Assembly (NCBI RefSeq): GCF_001194135.2
Contig: NC_068981.1
Coordinates: 110,255,159-110,287,915 of the forward strand
Direction: 5' to 3'
DNA: 32,757 nucleotides
Source of the DNA: Octopus bimaculoides
Lineage: Eukaryota
Position numbers and translations under genes: made by a program. The notes under the pieces were generated by a model. The model worked only from the letters and a program-made list of their open reading frames with translations. It made no database searches and was not told the origin of the DNA. Below are positions 10,636 through 21,509 of this stretch, piece by piece; position 1 is the stretch's first letter; every line of letters starts with the position of its first letter.

Positions 10636-10667
10636 GTGGATGGCTTCTAAGGTAGGTTGCATCTGGA

Positions 10668-10752
10668 GGAATTTCAACCATGTTTCGTGGTCTGCTACCA
10701 CAACAGCTCCTTTATAGGATCCAGTTAGCTCAAGACATCATCAGGAGGAACC
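10668..10752 (-). ncRNA. possible decayed hammerhead-like core
   Basis: Minus strand CTGATGA(10744-10738)-T-GTCT..GCTA...TAGC.AGAC-CAC-GAAA(10686-10683)-CATGGTT; stem I is poor. Confidence 0.3.
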
Positions 10753-12849
10753 CTGTTTACTGCCTCTTCTGCATTCCATTTAATAGTTTATCCATTTCAC
10801 ATGTCTGTGGGATACTCAACCACTAGCTAATTTAATGAGCAGGTGATTCAGTTGTTCAAACAACTGAAAACTCATGGTTGGAAATTCTGACAGATTTTTT
10901 CATGTGTTAAAATGTTGCATCAGTAAAAGTGAATTTATTTGTGCAAAAGTTCATATTGGTCTTCTATCTGTTTTGTCATGCTAGCAAGTTTGGTTGATTT
11001 GGTGAATTGATATATGTGTGTGTGTGTGTGTAACACATAGTTTTACAGTTAATTATAAATTGGAATCAGTATACGTTTTTAGCTATGTTAACTTAAATAG
11101 GTAATGCATGATACCTTATAACTCAACATTTTTGACATCAATTGTGTTCTTTGTATGTGTGTGTGTTATTTTTATTGAGTAACTTTTTTTTGTGTGTGTT
11201 TCCTGGTTTCAGTTCGTTGAAAACTTTATATATTTCAGTTAGGAGAGAAACACTTTCTAATGGAGCATGTAATCATTAGACATTGTTTAGCAGAAACAAG
11301 AGCAGGCAGATTTTAATCCTTTAATAGATTAAATATCAGTATTAATACTAAATTTTATTTTCCACAGTGAAATAGAACTTTTGTTCTTTGTCTATATTAT
11401 CTAAATTCATTTTCATATAAATATCTAACCATTTAAGATTTAACATCACAATCATCACCCCCACCTTCATCATCATCATCATCATTGTCACTGTACTCCT
11501 TTACAATTAACAGCAACTTTTTTTTCACTTGTAATGAAAGCACTTAATTGATTATTCAGGTTTTATCACCATTTCTTTACATTAATTGAAGCACTAGTTT
11601 GTCTATTCTGAATCCTTTTCTTTATCTCCTTCTTGCACTGTCCCATTATATTTATAGTTTATATTTCTAAGATATGACTATTATTTTTACTGAAGACAGA
11701 ATGATATGAAGATAATACTGAGAAGAATAACAATAGAAACAGTGTACATTTAATTATTAAAATGTTTTAACTTTTAAATTACTTTAAATAACAGACTGCA
11801 TTATTTAAATTATTTATGAATATGGTGCTTAAATTAATATTCACTCCACAACAATGAATGTATATTAATGGAAATGGTAAATGTAATGAACTGATGAAGA
11901 CTGAGACTTAAATCATTATCAAAGAACAGAACATTATAGATAAGAAAAAGAACACTCGTATAGATTTTATTTTCTTCTTCATCAATGCATTCTAGGAAAC
12001 TAGTTGAATCAACTTTTTAAATATTTTAAATCTGTTACATATTATACATCAGTGCAGCTTTTCATATTATAATGGAGGATTTTATTTTGATCCGTTTACT
12101 TGAAATCTGGGTAAATAAAGAACTTTGTGTGAAGTGGTAATATCTTAATGTAAAGCATGCATTTCATCCATATTTTAAATTCTTGTTTTATATCGTAATG
12201 TAGCAATTAATTGCCAATAATAATGATAAAAAAACACTGTTTCTATTTTATCATATTGATTTTAAGTTTGCAGTAAGACATGAGCTGCACATATGCATGT
12301 TTATACTTACAAACACTTCTTTCTTTTCCTTAGTATTCATAAATTTCCTATATTACCATTTATCATTAAACATCCTTTTTCACATCCTACTAATTAAACA
12401 TAGTATTCTCACTCCATTTAACACCACTGTTCAGTTTTGGGGTACTTTTAGCTGAGTTCCTTTTGTCGCAAGCATTTGGACTATGATATTTCTCGTCTGA
12501 GGATGACTTAATATTTTGATATAGTACTTCCTGCTGCACCTTGTATAATACCACTGTTTGTTGAAGGGACAGTTGAGTTATCTATAAGGATCAGAGTACT
12601 GGCTAATAGCAATACTTCCTTCTTTCTTTCCCCTATTTTCTTGAAAGGGACACTACTTTCCTACCTTCTTCCTTTGACTTAGCCATCAGAGAAAAATATG
12701 ACAAACATAGCTATTATCTACCTACTCAATAACATTTTTTTTATAAACTTTTGTTTGAAAGAACACTGCTTAAAGATTTTTATGAATATTATATTATATT
12801 CCTTCTCTCATTACTCACTGAGTGGATAATGTAAAAAGCAATACAGGAA

Positions 12850-13115
12850 GAAGGTGCCATCAAAATATATGGTTTGCATATTCCTAATCTGAAGTAAGCA
12901 GATAATACTGCTTTACTTGCCAAGTCTGAAGCTGGTCTGTGAGAAATGATAGAGTCAAGAAGGTATCAAATACACGTCTTTATCTCAACCATAAGAAAAC
13001 AAAAGTCATGGTCACAGGAAAAGAGAAAGTGAATGGTAACATCAAAATGGACAGCAAGAGGCTCAAACAGGTTGAACTGTACAAATATCTTGGAGCTCAA
13101 ATCCTTGATGAAGCT
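12850..13115 (+). mobile_element. old RTE/BovB-like LINE RT fragment, 5' part (interrupted at 13115)
   Basis: IKIYGLHIPNLK*ADNTALLAKSE...LNHKKTKVMV...VELYKYLGAQI is a decayed LRYADD...LNxKKTKVM...YLG. Confidence 0.8.
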
Positions 13116-15491
13116 CATCATCATCATTTAATGTCCACTTTCCATGCTGGCATGGGTTGGACAGTTTGACTTAGGACTAGCAAGCCAGAAGGCTGTACCA
13201 GGCTCCAATCTGATCTGGCAAATTTTATACAGCTAGATACCCTTCCTAACACCAACCACTCAAAGAGTGTAGTGGGTGCTTTTTACATGCCACCAGCATG
13301 TGGGCCAGTTAGGTGGTACTGGCATTGACCATGCTTGAATGGTGCTTTTTATGTGCCACCGGTATGGGAACCAGTCAGGTAGCACTGGCAATGACCATGC
13401 TCAAATGGTGCTTTTTACGTGCCACAGGCACAGGACCAGTCAGGTGGCACTGGTACTGACCATGCTCGAATGGTGCTTTTTACATGCTACCAGCATGGGT
13501 GCCAGTCAGGTGGTACTGGCATCGGCCACGACAATGACTTCACTTGACTCTACAGGTCTTTGTAAGCACAGTTTATTGCCCAATGATTGAAGGGTATTCT
13601 TAAATGGGCTGGTTATGCTGCACTGGCATAGGCCACAGTTACAGTCTCACTTGACTTGCCGGGTTTTCTCAAGCACAGCATATCTCCAAAAGTCTCGGTC
13701 ACTTGTCATCGCCTCCATGGGGCCCAACATTCGAAGGTCGTGCTTTACCACCTCATCGCAGGTCTTCCTGGGTCTACCTCTTCCACAGATTCCCTCTCCT
13801 GCTAGGGTGTGACACTTTCACACAGCAGTCCTCAACCATTCACAACACATGACCATACCAGTGCAGTCGTCTCTCTTGCATACCACATCTGATGCTTCTT
13901 CTGTCCAACTTTTCTCTCAGGGTACTTACACTCTGCGGTGCATGCACACTGATATTACACATCCAGTGGAGCATATTAGCTTCATTTCTTGCAAGCTTAT
14001 GCGTATCCTCAGCAGTCACGGCCCATATTTCACTGCCATGTATCATGGCTGTTTGCACATGTGTCATACAATCTACCTTTTACTCTGAGTGAGAGGCTCT
14101 TTGTCACCAGCAGGAGGAGGAGCTCTCTGAACTTTGCTCATGTTATTCTTATTCTAGCAGCTACACTCTCAGACCATCCCCTCCCACTACTGACTTGGTC
14201 ACCTAGGTAACAGAAGCTATCAGCTACTTGTAATTTTTCCCCTTGGCATGTGATGGAACCTGTTTTCTGCACATTTTCAGTGTTTATTGCTCCTGAGCAT
14301 TTGCAACACACAAAACCATCTTCCCAGTTAGCCTTCCTTTGATATTGCTGCACCTCTTATGTGTCCATAACTTACACTGGGTACATTTTATGGAGTTTCT
14401 ACCTATGCCTTTTCTACGCATCGAGCAGGGCCATCTACCTGAAAGGATTTGTGATTTGTCTGTCTTAAGACTTTGGTTTTTGCTAGGTCAACTCTAAGGT
14501 TCTTTGATTCTATACCTTGCTTCCATACCTGAAACTTCTCCTCTAGTGCTGATAGTGACTTAGCTACTACAATAAGGTCAATAGCATAGAGAAGCTCTCA
14601 TGGGCCCCCTGTCTTGAATTCCTGTGTTATTGCCTGGAGGACTATGATGAACAAGAGGGGGCTGAGGACTGATCCTTGGTGGACTCCTAACCCTACCTGG
14701 AATTCTTCACTATACTTGTTGCCAACCCTCACCTTACTGACAGCATGCCTATACATGGCTTGTAAAGCTCTCACTAACCACTCATCTATCCCTAGTTTCC
14801 ACATTGACCACCAGATAAAGGATCGAGTGACCCTGTCAAAGGCTTTCTCCATGTCAACGAAAGCCAGGTGCAGAGGTTTATCTTTGGCTAGGTATTTCTC
14901 CTGCAGCTGTCTTACCAGAAATATAGCATCACTGGTACTTTTCCCTTGCACAAACCCACACTACGTCTCATCTAAACTAACTCTCTCCCTAATTAGTTGG
15001 GTTATGACCCTCTCCGTGACTTTCATTACCTGATCCAACAATAGTTACCTCTGTAATTATTCATATCTAATGCATCACCTTTACCTTTGTAGCAGTTGAC
15101 TATGGTGCTGCTACACCAGTCATTGGTATGACTCCTTCATGTATCACCTGATTGACTATACAGGTGACTAGACTATAGCTGACACCGCAGATATTTTAAG
15201 CATCTCTGCGGTGATTCCTGATCGGCCGGGGGCTTTCCCTGTCTTCATAACCTTAATTGCTTTATCTACCAAGGTACTGTCAATTTAGATAGCTGGTCCC
15301 TCTGATGGATCGGCATTCAGCAGACTCTCTTTCTCCCATTCATTCTCTTTATGTAGCAAGCTTTCATAGTGGTGTCTCGAAGTCTCTCTCTTTGCAGCCT
15401 CATTAAATGCAAGTGAGCCATCATCCATGCGGACACATTTCTCTCCTATGACATCACAATTCTCTCTCACACACTTTCTTGCTACATGTAA
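13116..15491 (-). mobile_element. 2.4-kb 5'-truncated RTE LINE with RT domain, PHD-like insert, 3'UTR and (GAT)n tail; TSD GAAGCT
   Basis: RT motifs FVDMEKAFD, GVHQGSVLSPLLF and LLYAID (a decayed YADD); tail CATCATCATCAT at 13116; GAAGCT at 13110-13115 and 15492-15497. Frameshifts and stops are present. Confidence 0.95.
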
Positions 15492-15990
15492 GAAGCTACA
15501 TCTAACGAAGAAATTAGGACATGGCTAGCCAGGGCAAGAACGTCCATGACATCAGAACAAGCAATAATATCTCAACTATGTCAAAAACAAGGCTGGTGTG
15601 AGTACTCATTTGGCCATTAGGCATTTATAGTTGTGAAACATGGATTTTGAAAACATTTAAAGAGAATGTAATCAATGCACTTAAAATGTGGGTGTCTCTT
15701 ACAAGGATCATCAGACAAATGAATGGGTGTTACAATATGAAGGTGAAAGACAATTCCTGAACTTTGAGAAACAACAAAAGCTTGTCTGTTAGACCCTTTT
15801 TGAAGAAGTAGAAGTTTGGAACCATTATCATGGAAAGAACAGTGGAGAGTAGTAGATCAAGAAGCAAACAAAGAACTCAGTGCATAGACAATATTATGAA
15901 CTGGTTGGACAAAGGTGGCAAGGTAGCTAGAGAACTCGTGCTTGATTGGGAAGACTTTTGATGTAGTGTAATCAATGTGCTGCAGGCATA
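15492..15990 (+). mobile_element. old RTE/BovB-like LINE, 3' part resuming after the nested insertion
   Basis: EATSNEEIRTWLARAR...LIWPLGIYSCETWIL...IMERTVESSRSRSKQRTQCIDNI continues the 12850-13115 frame and matches the RTE C-terminal consensus. Confidence 0.8.
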
Positions 15991-16089
15991 AGATACCTGA
16001 CAACAATGATGATGTTCCTTCTGTTTCTGCTCTTTTGCATGTTACTTTTTAAAAAATATTTTAGCTATTATTACTCTAGAAATGTGAGT

Positions 16090-16417
16090 GTTGGGCCTCA
16101 CAGAGGCAATGACCAAAACCTTTGGCATTATGTCATGCTTGAGAAGACCCATCAAACTGAGCAAAACTGCAGTCGTAGCAGATACCAGTGTCACGCAATT
16201 GGCACTCATGCTGGTGGCATGTAAAAGCACCTCAGTGTCATGCAAATGGCACCCATACCTGTGGCATGTAAAAGCACTCATTACATTAGAAAGGGCATCC
16301 AACCATAGAAAACCATACCAAATCAGACTGGAGTCTGGTGCAGCCTTCCAGCATGCCAATCTGGTCAAACCATCCAACCCATGCCAGCATGGACAATGGA
16401 CATTAAATGATGATGAC
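16090..16417 (+). mobile_element. RTE LINE 3' end fragment
   Basis: LGLTEAMT... and tail GGACATTAAATGATGATGAC; homologous to 1786-2241. Confidence 0.88.
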
Positions 16418-16461
16418 GAAATATTTACTTCCCCACTTTACTTATATACACATACACATGT

Positions 16462-16575
16462 AATTTGGGGAAATGGTCAGTTTTGCAGATCTCTGGACAG
16501 ACTAATTCCTGACCTGTCCTCTGGTCAGGAATTAGTCTGTTCAGAGATCTGCAAAACTGACCATTTCCCCAAATT
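16462..16575. repeat. 114-bp near-perfect palindrome (53-bp arms, 8-nt loop); candidate tiny MITE with AATT TSD
   Basis: 16462-16514 is the reverse complement of 16523-16575 with one mismatch (G:U on the + strand RNA). Confidence 0.95.
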
Positions 16576-17036
16576 CCCTTAAGGTATGGAGGCTGTATAT
16601 ATTTTCTCTCTGCTACTTTTCCTTTCATCTCTGAATTTTTTTTTTATAAAAAAAAGTTTCTTGTATGTTTTCTTTTTACTTTCCCTACTCAACTAATTTA
16701 CATATTTTCTATGGTTCTTTAAAATGTTCTGTTTATTTTTCTATTTTCTGTTGTTAAATCAGTATCTCTCTGATTTATGTGACAAAGCCTACTGATACAG
16801 CAAAATTGTAAAAAGAAATGTACATTATTAGGAAAACGCTTGAAATGATATTTTAGAATTGCACAAATGTGTTTGATTTCCTTATTTCAGAGGGACATAG
16901 TGGTAGAGTAACTGAAAATTTATTTAAATATTCTCCTATTTTGGGACTGATTTAATTTTTCTTTGAAATGCTAAGTTCTAAATCTTATACAACATAAAAA
17001 GATTCAAATGATTTTCCGTTAGATAGATTTACATGT

Positions 17037-17419
17037 TTATTACCTCTGCCTTAGCGAAGGTGGAGATATTGTTTTCAGTTTTGTTTGTTTGTTTGTCCAT
17101 GGACAATATATCTCAAGAAGCGCTGGATGGATTCGGATGAAACTTTCAGGGATGTTTGACCTCATGACTGGCATGAACTGATTAGATTTTGGGATCGATC
17201 TGGTACTGGACAAGGATTATGGATCATTTTTCCAGTTTTTTTTTACTTAATTTTTGAGAGCGGTTGTGTTCATTTTTAGTATTCTCGTTTGTGAGAGCAG
17301 TTGAGTTTATTTCAGATATTCACATTTTAAAAATTATCTCTGGCTAATTGTTGAGAGGATGTTGGTGTTGCCTTGGCAGAGGTTTGTGTTCTCTGAGTGC
17401 TCTTCAGTGCTCTTCAGTT
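17037..17419 (+). mobile_element. Helentron-associated non-autonomous element (HINE/DINE-1-like)
   Basis: 5' TTATTACCTCTGCC with hairpin CTCTGCCTT/AAGGTGGAG, (GTTT)n microsatellite, 3' subterminal IR GGCAGAGGT (17375-17383), short 3' hairpin and T-rich flanks. This is the standard Helentron architecture. Confidence 0.78.
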
Positions 17420-18105
17420 GTTTTTCTAAGAAAATAGTTTCTAAGTTTTCTTTTTGTTTAAAACACCATCAATTAGTTGTGAAAGACAATTATTTTCTTT
17501 CAGTCTTGCTTTTCCAATATATTTTGAAAGCAGCTGCTATATTATGATCATATGATTAAACTGGCAACAATATTTAATCATATTTTCTTTTTCCCCCTCT
17601 CTCTCAGTATATTAACATCTTTCTGTTAACTAACTACTAATATTATTTGGTGAATAATGTTAATGTGTATGCATATATGTTTGTTTTTGTATTTTTTTTT
17701 TTTTTGTGTCTGTTCATAATGAATATAGTTCCTATATAAGTAACAATAAATATATTCAAGTAAATGTATACAAGTAAAATATGAATATAATTCTGTTCGC
17801 AATATTTTTCCCTCTCATTGAAACACTTTATTTTTTCAGAATTATGTTGTATTGTTCAATGCTGGTTTTCTCTTCTTCTTCTCTGTTGTCTTCTTTGTAA
17901 GGGTCTCAAAAACTAGCTACTAAGAGTTAATTTGTCAATTTCTTCTCAAGGTTAATCATTGTAGACATCATGATCATGAAATCTGATACATATTCTAACA
18001 AATACTTTATTTACTATCTAGTGAACTATAATTATTTTATACACACTGGACAAAAATTTAATATAGTAGACTTAGCAGTGATTATATTACTTGTGTGTTC
18101 ACTTT

Positions 18106-18110
<5 letters not shown>

Positions 18111-18181
<71 letters not shown>
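18111..18181. repeat. (TA)n microsatellite
   Basis: Direct reading. Confidence 0.95.
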
Positions 18182-18184
<3 letters not shown>

Positions 18185-18786
18185 TGCTTGTGAAGACCTG
18201 TTGAGGCAAGTGAAATCGAAATCAAACAAAATTCGATGACTGGCACCCATGCCAACCTCTCCTTCATTGGACACTAAACTCTTCTTGTGAAGACCTGTTG
18301 GGGCAAGTAAAATCGAAATCGTAATTGAACCATATTTGATGACTGGCACCTGTGCCAGTGGAGCACTAACAGCACCGTCCAAGTGTGATCATTGCCAGAG
18401 CAGTTGTCTGGCTTCCATGCCAGTGGCGTGTAAATAGCACCATTTGAGCGTGATCATTACCAGCGTCACATTACTGGCACTTGTGCCGGTGGCACGTTAG
18501 AAAACATTCAAGCTAGGTTGTTGCCAATGCCGCTGTGCAGGTGGCACATAAAAAACACCATTTGGAGCATGGCTGTTGCCAGTACCGCCTGACTGGCCCT
18601 CGTGCCGGTGGCATGTAAAAGCACCTACTACACTCTTGGAGTGGTTGGCGTTAGGAAGGGCATCCAGCTGTAGAAACTCTGCCAGATCAGATTGGAGCCT
18701 GGTGCAGCCATCCTGTTCACCAGTCCTCAGTCAAATCGTCCAACCCATGCTAGCATGGAAAGCGGACGTTAAACGATGATGATGAT
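18182..18786 (+). mobile_element. RTE LINE 3'UTR with subrepeats and (GAT)n tail running into a gap
   Basis: 18600-18786 is nearly identical to 2050-2241. Confidence 0.88.
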
Positions 18787-18984
18787 NNNNNNNNNNNNNN
18801 NNNNNNNNNNNNNNNNNNNNNNNNNNNNNNNNNNNNNNNNNNNNNNNNNNNNNNNNNNNNNNNNNNNNNNNNNNNNNNNNNNNNNNNNNNNNNNNNNNNN
18901 NNNNNNNNNNNNNNNNNNNNNNNNNNNNNNNNNNNNNNNNNNNNNNNNNNNNNNNNNNNNNNNNNNNNNNNNNNNNNNNNNNNN
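18787..18984. other. assembly gap (N)
   Basis: N run. Confidence 1.
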
Positions 18985-19241
18985 ATATATATATATATAA
19001 TTATTCAATATTAACAGTTTTGTATTAGAAAACTAATAGAATTTATACAGGGCTGTAATAAGAAGTGCTCAAACTAGTTGAGACAAAAGTACAAAATTAA
19101 TTGCAGAATAAAACCATTAGGTCATCGACTCAAAAAGCCACAACCCACCAATGACCACATATAGGAAGTACATATAGGAAGGTGATTAAAAATATTATAG
19201 AGCAGTACAGATATAGTGGAATAAAAATATATATATATATA

Positions 19242-19421
19242 GGCGCAGGAGTGGCTGTTTGGTAAGTAACTTGCTTACCAACCACATGGTTCTGGGTTCA
19301 GTCCCACTGCGTGGCACCTTGGGCAAGTGTCTTCTACTATAGCATCGGGCCGACTGAAGCCTTGTGAGTGGATTTGGTAGACGGAAACTGAAAGAAGCCC
19401 GTCGTATATATGTATGTGCGT
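19242..19421 (+). mobile_element. relatively intact tRNA-derived SINE 5' half, inserted at (TA)n
   Basis: A-box-like TGGCTGTTTGG, B-box-like GGTTCAGTCCC (19295-19305), then GGCACCTTGGGCAAGTG; retains CpGs; truncated by a gap. Confidence 0.85.
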
Positions 19422-19892
19422 NNNNNNNNNNNNNNNNNNNNNNNNNNNNNNNNNNNNNNNNNNNNNNNNNNNNNNNNNNNNNNNNNNNNNNNNNNNNNNN
19501 NNNNNNNNNNNNNNNNNNNNNNNNNNNNNNNNNNNNNNNNNNNNNNNNNNNNNNNNNNNNNNNNNNNNNNNNNNNNNNNNNNNNNNNNNNNNNNNNNNNN
19601 NNNNNNNNNNNNNNNNNNNNNNNNNNNNNNNNNNNNNNNNNNNNNNNNNNNNNNNNNNNNNNNNNNNNNNNNNNNNNNNNNNNNNNNNNNNNNNNNNNNN
19701 NNNNNNNNNNNNNNNNNNNNNNNNNNNNNNNNNNNNNNNNNNNNNNNNNNNNNNNNNNNNNNNNNNNNNNNNNNNNNNNNNNNNNNNNNNNNNNNNNNNN
19801 NNNNNNNNNNNNNNNNNNNNNNNNNNNNNNNNNNNNNNNNNNNNNNNNNNNNNNNNNNNNNNNNNNNNNNNNNNNNNNNNNNNNNNNNNNNN
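19422..19892. other. assembly gap (N)
   Basis: N run. Confidence 1.
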
Positions 19893-20205
19893 AGTAATGG
19901 TGATAATAATAGTAATGATAGAAATAAAAATTAAAATAAAAAGACAAATATATAGATATAAAAATAATAATAAAAATATGGATACAATGGTTAGTATTTA
20001 TTTATTATCATAGCTTACGTTGGATTTGAAACCTGGTAGTTTTAATTAGTTACTAAACCTGCTTGACTATTCTAAAGGGTATATTAAAAATAATTTTTTT
20101 TTTCTTTTTTTTTTTTTTTAGGACTAGTCCATATTATCTATATAAGCTTGCTCTCATAATATAATTTCTTTCTACTGGTGTGCCTTTGTTGATGTTTGTG
20201 TTCTT

Positions 20206-20277
20206 TACCCTAAAGAAGAGGTCATCACTAGTTTGTGCTCTAAATACGGTGATGTACCCCCGAAATGGCCATAGGTG
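20206..20277 (+). ncRNA. type I hammerhead-like fold with a mutated core (CUAAAGA)
   Basis: Stem I TACC/GGTG; CTAAAGA(20210-16); stem II GGTCATCACT/GGTGATGTACC; GAAA(20262-65); palindromic stem III ATGGCCAT; ATA triplet. Confidence 0.55.
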
Positions 20278-21509
20278 TTTTGTTTGTATTCCAACCTATA
20301 TTTGTAATCCTTTGTAAATGATGTTAAATTATGAATTGATTTTACCGATGTTACCTGCTGGATGTTGGTTTAAATGTATCGACTTATGTGCCTTGATTTT
20401 TTTTTGGACTTAAATAACCTTGATGGTGAAATATGGATTTTACCTTGTTACACATTGGATGTTGTGTTATGTCGTCCCGCGTACTTCAGTATTCCTGTGT
20501 ATGAATTACGACATTGAATTTTACCTGCTAAATTTGCTGTCCTGAGGGAAGTAATGAACTTTCGTACAATTTAAACTTAAACTTCTTTTATTAGCCATTA
20601 ATCTCAATGAATAAACTATTTTACTAAGTTTCCCTATGTATTTATTTTATTCTATTGTTTTTTCTATATTATATTTTCTATATATATATATATATATATA
20701 TATATTTTTATTCCACTATATCTGTACCGCTCTATAATATTTTTAATCACCTTTTAATCGCAGTTTATTTATTTATGTTATTCTATTATATTTTTTAATC
20801 GATTTTATTCTTACGTATAAAATTTTTACTTCCCTTTGCTGCTTTGGTTTTGTGGTTTATGCTGTACTTCCTATATGTGGTCATTGGTGGGTTGTGGCTT
20901 TTTGAGTCGATGACCTAATGGTTTTATTCTGTAATTAATTATATATATATATATTAAATTTCAAGGTTTCCTGAGTTGATCTTTTTATGTTCTACTGGAT
21001 ATTTTAACACAAGTACAAAATAAATAAGTAAAACCCTCAACTTTGTGTATGTGTTGTGCATGTGTGTGTAAACACACACTTGTATATTTACTTATACCAA
21101 TATACAATATACCAAACTAAATTCTTAAATGTAATTTCATTATTTATTACATATGTAAATGTAATAATACAAACTTCTGATCCCTATCCCTTTTATGAAG
21201 TGTCATACGTTGTCTATCTATCATTATGGAATCAATGAAATATGTAAGGGAACAATTATGACATCAGTTGGTCAAATTACTTACAGATTCCTTTCTTTTC
21301 TTTTTCAATTTTTCGAACTGGCAATTCCAATTTATTCTATCATTTCAATACATATTCCTCATTGATGCATATAGGTCTTGTTTACTTAATATTTAGTAGC
21401 TCTCAGTGGAGCTGGTTCATATTAACCACTTCATATAAATATTCAGATCTTTCTGAGTTTTTTTTTTCCTCCACAGTCACATGTATGCTAATACAAACAT
21501 ATTTGTGCA

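Larger units (their letters stand above)
19095..20940. repeat. inverted repeat: arms 19095-19240 and ~20690-20940 (left arm has an internal deletion)
   Basis: AATTAATTGCAGAATAAAACCATTAGGTCATCGACTCAAAAAGCC...GGAATAAAAATATATA is present in reverse complement at 20690-20940. Confidence 0.9.

Noticed and set aside
13276-13530. CRISPR-like array
   Set aside because: The units are contiguous tandem repeats without unique spacers, inside a eukaryotic LINE 3'UTR, with no cas genes.
18769-20013. Long ORFs in the track (also 24926-25244)
   Set aside because: Artefacts of N gaps and dinucleotide repeats.
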